DNA of 41,436 nucleotides from the NCBI GenBank assembly GCA_944392625.1, contig CALXXG010000079.1:1-41436 (forward strand), read 5' to 3'. Below the pieces are notes generated by a model, which did not search any database, was not told the DNA's origin, and was given only the letters and a program-made list of their open reading frames with translations. The translations under genes and the position numbers were made by a program. This document shows, in pieces, positions 19,817 through 28,256 of the stretch. The stretch is from an uncultured Rickettsiales bacterium (GTDB taxonomy: Bacteria > Pseudomonadota > Alphaproteobacteria > Rickettsiales > UBA1997). Position 1 is the first letter of the stretch. Every line of letters starts with the position of its first letter.

Positions 19817-20126
19817 CCCCTTACCCCCCTTCACAGGGGGGGCCGAGAGGGGTCTCTTATCCCCACTTTACAGGGGGGACCGAGAGGGGTCATTCACAGG
19901 GGTGTTGAAGATGTAGTTCCCTCACATGGTGGTCGAGAAGTAGTCTCATTGATGAGTGTAATGTAGAACATCTTCACATGGGGGTGATGTTTGGTGTGGT
20001 TCTTTACAAGGGGGATTGATAAAAACCCTTCACAGGAGAGTTTAGACGGATGATTCCTTCATAGGGTGGGGGCGATTAGTGTGGAAGATCTTCATTAAAG
20101 TTGGTGGAGAAGGAGATTCACAGGAT
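19812..20126 (-). repeat. Right array: about 9-11 copies of TTCACAGGGG-like repeat, inverted relative to the left array
   Basis: TT(C/T)ACA-like cores at 19830, 19867, 19893, 19921, 19973, 20003, 20029, 20058, 20117 (weaker at ~19945 and 20091). Confidence 0.8.
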
Positions 20127-20228
20127 GATGTCGTTAGTTCTTTGTATTTTAGGAGATTGACTTGTTTCAATTCGTAAGGAAGAATGCCAACGAAGCTAAC
20201 AAGTAGTTTAATAATAGAATTAAGAATT

Positions 20229-20279
20229 GGTTCGCTTCCATTCGTAATGGGGGTGTCTGCTCAGCAGACGGTTGGTTGA
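20229..20279 (-). repeat. Second repeat family, inverted copy
   Basis: Reverse complement TCAACCAACCGTCTGCTGAGCAGACACCCCCATTACGAATGGAAGCGAACC aligns to 19768-19816. Confidence 0.8.
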
Positions 20280-20303
20280 AAAAAAGTTAAAATTATAGCT
20301 AAT

Positions 20304-20732
20304 TTAATTATTTATAGCTAAATACTCAATCGCCATTAAATATCCAGTGCTTCCAAAACCTGATATTATGCCGGTAGCAGCCATTGATATATAGGATGTA
20401 TGTCTAAAATTTTCTCTTTGAAAAATATTTGAAAGATGAACTTCTATTATTGGAATGCTTAGCATTTTTAATGCGTCAAGAATTGCAACAGATGTGTGAG
20501 TATAGGCGCCTGCATTGATAATTAATGCGTCATAATTTCCTATTGTATTTTGTATCCATTCAACTATTTGTCCTTCATAATTGCTTTGTTTGAAGTCTAG
20601 TTCAAAACCATTTTCTTTTGCTTTTTTTAGACATTTATTTTCAATGTCTTTTAATGTTTCTTTTCCATAAATTTGTGGCTCACGTTTGCCTAGCATATTT
20701 AGGTTTGGACCGTTTAAAATCAATATTTTCAT
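20304..20732 (-). CDS. aroQ: Type II 3-dehydroquinate dehydratase
   Basis: [39 protein letters not shown]. Confidence 0.97.
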   Translation of the reverse strand: MKILILNGPNLNMLGKREPQIYGKETLKDIENKCLKKAKENGFELDFKQSNYEGQIVEWIQNTIGNYDALIINAGAYTHTSVAILDALKMLSIPIIEVHLSNIFQRENFRHTSYISMAATGIISGFGSTGYLMAIEYLAINN

Positions 20733-20794
20733 ATTTTTACTTGAATTTTTCTTTTAGAATAATAATATCTTTAAAAAAATAATCAATAGATAAA

Positions 20795-21046
20795 ATGGAA
20801 GAATTAAGAGAAAAAATAGATAGCTGCGATAAAATTATAGTTACCGCGTTAGTTGAAAGATTCAAAGCTGTTAAAAAAATTGGAGAATATAAAAAACAAA
20901 ACAATTTGCCAATAATTGATAAAGAAAGAGAAAAGAAGGTTTATGAAAAAATTGAGAGATTGTCAAATGGTGAAATAAATTTTGATATATTAAAAAAAAT
21001 ATATTCAGTGATAATTCAAAGCGCTGTGGAATTGGAAAAAGAATAA
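20795..21046 (+). CDS. Monofunctional chorismate mutase (type II, helical class)
   Basis: LREKIDSCDKIIV...ER...IGEYK...DKERE pattern; located in the aro cluster. Confidence 0.9.
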   Translation: MEELREKIDSCDKIIVTALVERFKAVKKIGEYKKQNNLPIIDKEREKKVYEKIERLSNGEINFDILKKIYSVIIQSAVELEKE

Positions 21047-21047
21047 A

Positions 21048-21869
21048 TCATTTTTTTGCCATTATTTTATTTGTTTCTATTTTATTAAAGTTTTCATCTA
21101 ATATTGAAATCATAAATTGATCTCTATCTTTAAGACTGCTGCATGAAATAATTATGCCTATTAAATCTTTATCATCTTTGTGGGCTGTTGTTGCAAGGTT
21201 GTATCCGGCGGCTTTAGTAAATCCTGTTTTTAAACCTTCTGCATATTTATATTCATTTAATACATGGTTATGGGTTACATATTCTTTTCCATTAAATGTA
21301 AATGTTTTTGTGGCAAATAAAGGATAATATTCTGGAAAATCTTCTTTAATTTTTAAAACTAATTTAGCAATGTCAAATGCAGTTGTTTTTTGATTATTAT
21401 TTGAAAAACCAGTACAATTTGTAAAATATGTATTATCAAGTCCTAATTCTATTGCTTTTTTATTCATTTTTCTTACAAAATTCCATTCGTTGTTATCAAT
21501 TACTTCCGCAAGGGCTACTGCAAAGTCATTAAATGATTTAACTATTATACCAAGAATTGCATCGCGTACTGTAATTACATCGCCTTCTTTTAAATCTGCA
21601 TTAAATTTTGGTTGATTGGCTATTCTGTCCGATACTACAATTTCTGTATCCATTGTTATATTTCCTTTTTCTAAAGATTCAAATGCTAAATATAATGTCA
21701 TGATTTTTGTTAATGAAGCCGGATGTTTTAAATTTTTATCATTATTTTGCTGAAGAATTTTTCCTGTTTTTCCATTAACTACTATATATGACATTTCTTC
21801 ATTACAGTAGGCGAAGGCTTTTATATTCGCTGAAAATATTAAAAATATTGCTAAAAATATCTTCTTCAA
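21048..21869 (-). CDS. D-alanyl-D-alanine carboxypeptidase (peptidase S11)
   Basis: PASLTK (SxxK), SFN (SxN), KTG; signal peptide; TTG start. Confidence 0.92.
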   Translation of the reverse strand: MKKIFLAIFLIFSANIKAFAYCNEEMSYIVVNGKTGKILQQNNDKNLKHPASLTKIMTLYLAFESLEKGNITMDTEIVVSDRIANQPKFNADLKEGDVITVRDAILGIIVKSFNDFAVALAEVIDNNEWNFVRKMNKKAIELGLDNTYFTNCTGFSNNNQKTTAFDIAKLVLKIKEDFPEYYPLFATKTFTFNGKEYVTHNHVLNEYKYAEGLKTGFTKAAGYNLATTAHKDDKDLIGIIISCSSLKDRDQFMISILDENFNKIETNKIMAKK

Positions 21870-21941
21870 ATTTTTTTAAAAAATTATTTGTATATAAGAA
21901 TAAAATATTTTTTAGAATTTTGTCAATATTTTTTTAATTAC

Positions 21942-21970
21942 TTGACAAATAAAAATAAAAGAGTTATAGT
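21942..21970 (+). promoter_or_regulatory. sigma70-like promoter of rpmG
   Basis: TTGACA-17 nt-TATAGT. Confidence 0.65.
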
Positions 21971-22011
21971 GAAACAATGAAAATGTAATTAATAACCATT
22001 AGGGTAATAAA

Positions 22012-22206
22012 ATGGCGGAAAAAACTGCAAAAAGAAAAAGACCAGCAATACTTTTTAAATTGGTAAGTACTGCTGATACTGGTTATTATTATTTAGCAAG
22101 AAGAAATCCTAAAAAAAGACCTAATAAGATGGAATTTTTAAAATATGATCCAATTGTTAGGAAACATGTTTTATTTAAAGAAGAAAAGCAAGGTGGTAGC
22201 AAATAA
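22012..22206 (+). CDS. rpmG: 50S ribosomal protein L33 (Cys-free type)
   Basis: [12 protein letters not shown]...[14 protein letters not shown]. Confidence 0.96.
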   Translation: MAEKTAKRKRPAILFKLVSTADTGYYYLARRNPKKRPNKMEFLKYDPIVRKHVLFKEEKQGGSK

Positions 22207-22404
22207 CCAAAGATAAAAATCATCAACAAATAATAATTTATTATTATTAAACATTGAAATAAATTTTATGTTTTTTAATTAAAGAATTAAAATTTGTTGA
22301 TTTTTTTTATATTTTTTATAAAATTATCTAATAGAATAGTAGAATTCTTTTAACTGAATATTTATTTTTTGTTATTTGAATACTTTTAGTATATTAAGGA
22401 AAAT

Positions 22405-22788
22405 ATGAATAAAGTATTATGTTTTTTATTATTAATTTTAGTTTTGAATGCTTGTACTCCTGTAACAAGTAATAGTTTAAAAAAAATTAATACAAATGAT
22501 ACGGAGGAACAGGTTAAAAAAATTCTCGGAAATCCATATTCTAAGAAGGCATATTATAATAAGACATATTTAGTTTATTATGTTTATGACGACTTTTTTA
22601 GTATATTTGTAAATCTTAAAAAGTTTCCATTTTTTGGTTTTCCACCATTATTAAGAACTGGTGATGAATATTGGATAATTTTAGAAGACAATAGAGTTGT
22701 CGCTTTTGGATTATCAAAAAACTTTGGCAATAATATACCAAGAGCTTTATCAACTCGTGGTGGTACATTGGAGGTATTAAATTTCTAA
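22405..22788 (+). CDS. Small lipoprotein, SmpA/OmlA (BamE-like) domain
   Basis: Lipobox LNAC; TEEQVKKILGNP motif. Confidence 0.65.
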   Translation: MNKVLCFLLLILVLNACTPVTSNSLKKINTNDTEEQVKKILGNPYSKKAYYNKTYLVYYVYDDFFSIFVNLKKFPFFGFPPLLRTGDEYWIILEDNRVVAFGLSKNFGNNIPRALSTRGGTLEVLNF

Positions 22789-24572
22789 TGTATTTTTCTG
22801 ATAAAAAATCTTTAAAACAATATTTATGGAAACTTAATCAAAGTGATGATAGAAAAGTTTTAGCTATTTCGCAAAAGTTTGGTTTTTCAGAAATTTTATC
22901 TAGATTATTAACTATTAGAGGTGTTGAATTAGATAAAATAAATGATTTTTTAAATCCAACATTAAAAAATAGTCTCAAGGATCCAAATCTTCTACTGGAT
23001 ATGTCAAAAGGTGTGAATCTTGTATATGATGCAATTATTAGCAATAAAAAAATATGCATATTTGGAGATTATGATGTTGATGGAGTTTCTTCGTCTGCGT
23101 TATTAAAAAATTTTTTTGATTTAATACATGTTAATTCAATAATATATATTCCTGATAGGGTTGCTGAAGGCTATGGCCCAAATCCTGATGCATTTATTAA
23201 ATTAAAAAAGCAAGAAAATGTTGACTTAATAATAACTGTTGATTGTGGCATATCTGGCTTTGATTCATGTAAGATTGCTAAAGAAATAGGGCTTGAAGTT
23301 GTAATTACAGATCATCATTTAGGTAATAGTACTATGCCTGAAGCTGATGCAATTATAAATCCAAACAGACTTGATGAGACCACAGAATATAAAATATTAG
23401 CTGGCGTTGGTGTTGGATTTTTATTTCTTATAGCTCTTAATAAAAAACTTAGAGAAACTGGGTTTTTTAAAGAAAATAAAATAGAAGAACCTGATCTGTT
23501 AAATTTTCTAGATTTAGTTGCATTAGGAACTATATGCGATGTTGTTCCTTTAGTTGGACTAAATAGAGCGTTTGTTAGGCAAGGATTAAAGGTGATAAGA
23601 AAGAGGACTAATGTTGGCATTAAGTCTTTAATAGACGTATCTGAGATAGATGAAGAGATTAATGCATATCATATTGGATTTATATTAGGGCCACGAATTA
23701 ATGCTACAGGTAGAGTTGGCGAGGCTGACTTATCAAGTAAACTATTATATTTAAAAGATAGTTTTGAAACCATGCAAATTGCTAAAAATCTTGATATATA
23801 TAATAAAGAAAGGCAAAGTATTGAAAAAGTAGTATTGGATGAAGCTTTAAAACAAATATCTATTAAAGGGCTTGATAAAGAGAACATAATATTTATTGAA
23901 GGTGAAGGTTGGCATGAAGGTGTTATAGGTATTATAGCCTCAAGAATTAAAGATAAATTTGAAAAACCGACGATTGTATTATCAAAATTAGAACATTGTT
24001 ATCGCGCATCATGTAGATCTGTTAATGGTGTTGATTTAGGCAATGCAATAATTGAGGCAAAACTTAAAAATTTAATTAAAGATGGTGGTGGGCATGCTAT
24101 GGCTGGAGGTTTTAGTGTTGAAGAAGACAAACTTGATGAATTAAAAAAATTTTTTAAAGAAAAATTAAATAAAGATGTTGAATATTTTTTAAACAATAAA
24201 GAAAAAGATGTTGATTTAGTTTTGGAATGCAAAAGTTTATCTATAAAACTTGCAAATGAAATAGACAAATTGGGGCCATTTGGTGCTGGAAATCATAAAC
24301 CTAAAATAATTTTAAAAGATGTAGTTATTGTAAGATCTGACTTAATAGGTAAAAATCAAAATAATTTAAGACTTATTATCTGTGACAATGATTTAATTCA
24401 TTTATCAAAAGGCATAACTGCTTTATGTTTTAGAGTTAATAAAGAAGATAAAATTTTTTCAACACTTTCAAAAATAGGACACAGAATAAATCTTTTAGGG
24501 GAAATAAATATAAATAAATGGCAAGGTCAAGAGAGTGTTCAATTTATAATTGAAGATGCTATGGAACCATAA
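22788..24572 (+). CDS. recJ: ssDNA-specific exonuclease RecJ
   Basis: GDYDVDG, TVDCG, TDHH, GPRINATGR, GGGHAMAGG. Confidence 0.97.
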   Translation: MYFSDKKSLKQYLWKLNQSDDRKVLAISQKFGFSEILSRLLTIRGVELDKINDFLNPTLKNSLKDPNLLLDMSKGVNLVYDAIISNKKICIFGDYDVDGVSSSALLKNFFDLIHVNSIIYIPDRVAEGYGPNPDAFIKLKKQENVDLIITVDCGISGFDSCKIAKEIGLEVVITDHHLGNSTMPEADAIINPNRLDETTEYKILAGVGVGFLFLIALNKKLRETGFFKENKIEEPDLLNFLDLVALGTICDVVPLVGLNRAFVRQGLKVIRKRTNVGIKSLIDVSEIDEEINAYHIGFILGPRINATGRVGEADLSSKLLYLKDSFETMQIAKNLDIYNKERQSIEKVVLDEALKQISIKGLDKENIIFIEGEGWHEGVIGIIASRIKDKFEKPTIVLSKLEHCYRASCRSVNGVDLGNAIIEAKLKNLIKDGGGHAMAGGFSVEEDKLDELKKFFKEKLNKDVEYFLNNKEKDVDLVLECKSLSIKLANEIDKLGPFGAGNHKPKIILKDVVIVRSDLIGKNQNNLRLIICDNDLIHLSKGITALCFRVNKEDKIFSTLSKIGHRINLLGEININKWQGQESVQFIIEDAMEP

Positions 24573-24648
24573 TTATATAATGGGTTGTATTAATTAATTG
24601 TTGATAATTAAATATAGTGATTATATATTTTAGTTTATAATACAACAA

Positions 24649-25935
24649 ATGATTTACAAAGTCATGAAAACAGATTTATATCAAAAATATATTCAGTTAT
24701 TAAGAAAAGAAATGGTTAAAGCGTTGGGTTGTACTGAACCAATTGCAGTTGCGCTTGCTGGAGCTAAAGCTAGAGAAGTTTTAGGAAAGATGCCTGAAAA
24801 AATAGTAATTAAATGCAGTCAAAATATAATTAAAAATGTCAAAGGTGTTACAGTTCCAACTACTGGCGATATGAAAGGAATAGATACAGCCTGTATTTTA
24901 GGCGCCATTGCTGGAAATCCAGACTTAGAATTGGAAGTATTAAACGATGTAAAAGATAGCGATATAAAACAACTAAAGGAATTATTAGCAAAAAATATTT
25001 GTAAAGTTGAGCAACTTGACTCTGGAGATAATCTACACATAATATGCTATGTAGAAAATGGAAAAGACAATGCTGAAGTTGAAATTTTGCATTCACACTC
25101 AAATATTGAATCTATAAAGAAAAACGGTAAAGTTATTTTTCAAAATAAAGATACAAACAAAGATTGTTCTAATAAAACAGATTCATGTGCTTTAAAATTT
25201 GACGATATATATGAATTTGTAAATACATTTAATATAAATGATTTAAAAGACTTATTTGATTTAGAAATTAAATGTAATAATGCAATAGCAGAAGAAGGTT
25301 TAAAAAATGATTGGGGTGCAAATGTTGGAAAAACAATATTAAAAAATGGTGGTGATAGCATAAAAGAAAAAACAAAAGCCTATGCTGCAGCTGGATCTGA
25401 CGCTAGAATGAGTGGGTGCAATATGGCTGTTGTTATAAGCGCCGGAAGTGGAAATCAAGGCATGACTATATTGTCAACAGTTTATCAATATGCAAAATAT
25501 TTAAAAGTTTCAGATGAAGAACTTTATAGAGCATTAGCAATGGCTAATTTACTTGCTTTATGGCAAAAAGCTGGTATTGGCAAATTATCAGCATTTTGTG
25601 GTGCAGTTAGTGCAGCAAGTGCTGCGGGTGCAGCAATTACCTATATGAAAGGTGGAACAAAAAAACAAATAGAAAATACAATTATTAATGCATTAGCCTC
25701 AGCTGGCGGCATTGTATGCGATGGTGCAAAGCCTTCATGTGCTTTAAAAATAGCTATAGCTGTTGATGCTGCAATAATGGCGAGCGAAATGGCTATGAAT
25801 GAAAATGTATTTAAAGATGGTGAAGGATTGGTCAAAGGAGATATTGAAAGCACTGTATCAGCTATATGCAGAATGGCAAAAGATGGTATGAAATCAACAG
25901 ATCAAAAAATTCTTGAAATAATGTTAGAAAAATAA
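24649..25935 (+). CDS. UPF0597/YhaM (CyuA-like) serine-dehydratase-alpha family protein, probable L-cysteine desulfidase
   Basis: ALGCTEP, AAGSDARMSG, GSGNQG, LSAFCG, CDGAKPSCALK. Start may be ATG 24664. Confidence 0.85.
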   Translation: MIYKVMKTDLYQKYIQLLRKEMVKALGCTEPIAVALAGAKAREVLGKMPEKIVIKCSQNIIKNVKGVTVPTTGDMKGIDTACILGAIAGNPDLELEVLNDVKDSDIKQLKELLAKNICKVEQLDSGDNLHIICYVENGKDNAEVEILHSHSNIESIKKNGKVIFQNKDTNKDCSNKTDSCALKFDDIYEFVNTFNINDLKDLFDLEIKCNNAIAEEGLKNDWGANVGKTILKNGGDSIKEKTKAYAAAGSDARMSGCNMAVVISAGSGNQGMTILSTVYQYAKYLKVSDEELYRALAMANLLALWQKAGIGKLSAFCGAVSAASAAGAAITYMKGGTKKQIENTIINALASAGGIVCDGAKPSCALKIAIAVDAAIMASEMAMNENVFKDGEGLVKGDIESTVSAICRMAKDGMKSTDQKILEIMLEK

Positions 25936-25956
25936 TTTTTATGATATTTTAAATTA

Positions 25957-25988
25957 TGGCCTGTTAAATCTATTGGCGGGCCATTTTA
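25957..25988 (+). terminator. Rho-independent terminator
   Basis: ATGGCCTGTTAA/TTGGCGGGCCAT stem (with G-U pairs) plus T-run. Confidence 0.7.
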
Positions 25989-26289
25989 ATGTAAAAAATA
26001 ATCCATTAATTAGTATTGTTTCACAGAAGTGAAGTTTTTATAGCATTATTAGTAGAGTTTATTATTTAATATTAATAAAATTATGAAGATAGTAATAACC
26101 ATAGTTTATCATATAAATGGATATATATTATAAATATTATAAATTAGTTTATAATTTATTAATATTAAATAAAGAAAAATCAAATTATAAGTATAAGTTG
26201 TCAAGTCAAAATAAAGTTTCATTTTTTAATATCAAACACTTGTTTGTTTATTGTGCAAAATATTGATAAATGAAAATAAATGTATTAAA

Positions 26290-26730
26290 AGTATGTCTTT
26301 CATGGAGTCGGTAATAGTAAAATTTGCTAAATATCAAGCTACTAAAAATTGAAGAACCTTGATTTGTTTTAACTTTGTGCTTTAGTAAAGGTTTGGAATA
26401 AAATTAATCGCCGATGATTCAAAACAATTTTAAACTTATACAATAATTTTAAGTTATTGGTCTACAAAGTATGAAATAGTTAAATGAAGACAAATATAGA
26501 TTCAAATATTATATAGATACAAAAGGAAAAGATATAATAAGAATTGTAAAATAAATTCAATATCAGTTAAAATAAGATAGGGAAGTTTATTAGTTATAAT
26601 TAGATTTGATAATGCTTTTAATAAAGGTATCAAGTAAATTATTTATACAAAATAGAGAATAAATTAATCTTCAGAGTGCACTATTAGAATAGTCATATTG
26701 GTGTTTATAAATACAATCAGCTTAGTTAGT
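26290..26730 (+). pseudogene. Heavily decayed gene remnant, possibly Y-family (UmuC-like) polymerase
   Basis: Stop-riddled fragments GVGNSKI..AK, VKVWNKINRR, IYT-NR, GVYKYNQL in UmuC-like order. Weak. Confidence 0.25.
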
Positions 26731-26785
26731 GTTATTACTCTTTTGTATATAATTTTATCGTGTTAAGGAGCACATAGATAAAAAA

Positions 26786-26819
26786 TATCATATGAATAAT
26801 ATAATATTTTCATATGATA
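26786..26819. terminator. Hairpin downstream of U32 gene, flanked by A-runs
   Basis: TATCATATGAA/TTCATATGATA inverted repeat. Confidence 0.55.
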
Positions 26820-26826
26820 AAAAAAT

Positions 26827-28248
26827 CTAAGAATTCTTACATGTACCATTTAAAATTTCTTCTTTAAAAGATATTTTATCATTTTTTATTCTTTCTATTT
26901 CTTTTTCAGTTAATATTTTTTTCTTTCTTATTAAAGTTAATGGCGGAAGATTAATCATGATTTTATCTTTTGTCATTTTTGCTTTTTCAAACCATTCGAG
27001 CGGTATTTTAATAACTGGATCCTGACCCGCATGAATGACATCAGTTATTTCGTCGGTTTTTGCATTTATAAAAGAATCTAACTTTAATTTTATAATTTTA
27101 TCATCAATTGGCGAAATAAATTCAAGTTCATCACCCTTATCAAGTCTATTTTTTACAGCAACATTTATATAATCATTTCCCCAACTTTCAACATATCCAG
27201 CAAATTCATATTCACTTAGAGATTTTGTCATACCATAATTAGTTGCTAGGTCTGTTGGACTTTCATGGGCAAATGCTAGTGAAAAGCCCCTATTTGAAAT
27301 AGTATATAGTTCATCAAGATATTTATTATAATTCCACTTTTCTGGATTTTTAAAATAATCATCTATAGCTTTTCTATAAGTCCTAGCAACCATGCCTGCG
27401 TAATATTGGGTTTTATTTCTTCCTTCAATTTTTAAACAATCTATACCTATTTGTAAAAATTCCGGCAATACTGGCAATAAACATAAATCTTTTGAATTCA
27501 TTAAATAAGTTCCATTATCTGTTTCTTCGACTTCAAGAAAATCGTTTGGTCTAGTCTCTTCTTCTAAAAGAAAATCAAATAATTCTTTTGTATCCTTATT
27601 TAATAAAATTTCTTTTGAAATATCTTCTTTTAACTTTAAATGTAATTTATAGTTCCATCTACAAGAGTGTGCACATTTTCCTTGATTTGCTCCTCTACCA
27701 GTAAAATAATTAGAAAGAAGACATCTTCCAGAGTAGGACATACACATAGCACCATGTATAAATGTTTCTAGTTTTATATCAGGACATTTATCTCTAATCT
27801 CTTTTAATTCTTCAAAACTTAATTCCCTAGCTAAGACGCACATTTTAGCACCTAAATCTTGCCAAAATTTAACTCCAAGCCATGAAGTTACACTTGCCTG
27901 AGTTGAAACATGCAAGTTTAATTCCGGTGCGTGCTGTCTCAAGTATGTAAAAATTGCGGGATCTGCAACTATTACACCGTCGGGTTTAGCTTGTTTTAAA
28001 ACATCAAGATATTCTGGTAGTCTTTGTATATCAGTATTATGGGCAAATAAATTTACAGTTAAATAAACCTTTTTACCTCTTGAGTGTGCAAAATCTATAC
28101 CATCCAATACTTCTTCTAAAGTAAATTTTGATTTTGCTCTTAAGGACATCGTTGGTGTACCACAATAAACTGCATCAGCTCCATATAAAATTGCTGTTTT
28201 TAGTCTTGCTAATGAACCAGCTGGTACAAGCAGCTCTGGTTTTTTCAT
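26827..28248 (-). CDS. U32 family protein, TrhP/YegQ-like tRNA hydroxylation enzyme
   Basis: PELLVPAGS, HGAMCMSYSGRCLLS, GKCAHSCRWNY, KIEGR. Confidence 0.9.
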   Translation of the reverse strand: MKKPELLVPAGSLARLKTAILYGADAVYCGTPTMSLRAKSKFTLEEVLDGIDFAHSRGKKVYLTVNLFAHNTDIQRLPEYLDVLKQAKPDGVIVADPAIFTYLRQHAPELNLHVSTQASVTSWLGVKFWQDLGAKMCVLARELSFEELKEIRDKCPDIKLETFIHGAMCMSYSGRCLLSNYFTGRGANQGKCAHSCRWNYKLHLKLKEDISKEILLNKDTKELFDFLLEEETRPNDFLEVEETDNGTYLMNSKDLCLLPVLPEFLQIGIDCLKIEGRNKTQYYAGMVARTYRKAIDDYFKNPEKWNYNKYLDELYTISNRGFSLAFAHESPTDLATNYGMTKSLSEYEFAGYVESWGNDYINVAVKNRLDKGDELEFISPIDDKIIKLKLDSFINAKTDEITDVIHAGQDPVIKIPLEWFEKAKMTKDKIMINLPPLTLIRKKKILTEKEIERIKNDKISFKEEILNGTCKNS

Positions 28249-28256
28249 TTTATCTC

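Noticed and set aside
19230-20126. Canonical CRISPR array
   Set aside because: The conserved unit is only ~10-12 nt, the period is irregular and too short, some linkers are related to each other, and no cas genes are in the window.
19230-20126. DnaA-box cluster (oriC)
   Set aside because: The TTCACA core resembles part of a DnaA box, but the TTAT half is absent and the conserved flank is a G/C run; no typical origin-linked genes are adjacent. Kept only as a minor alternative.
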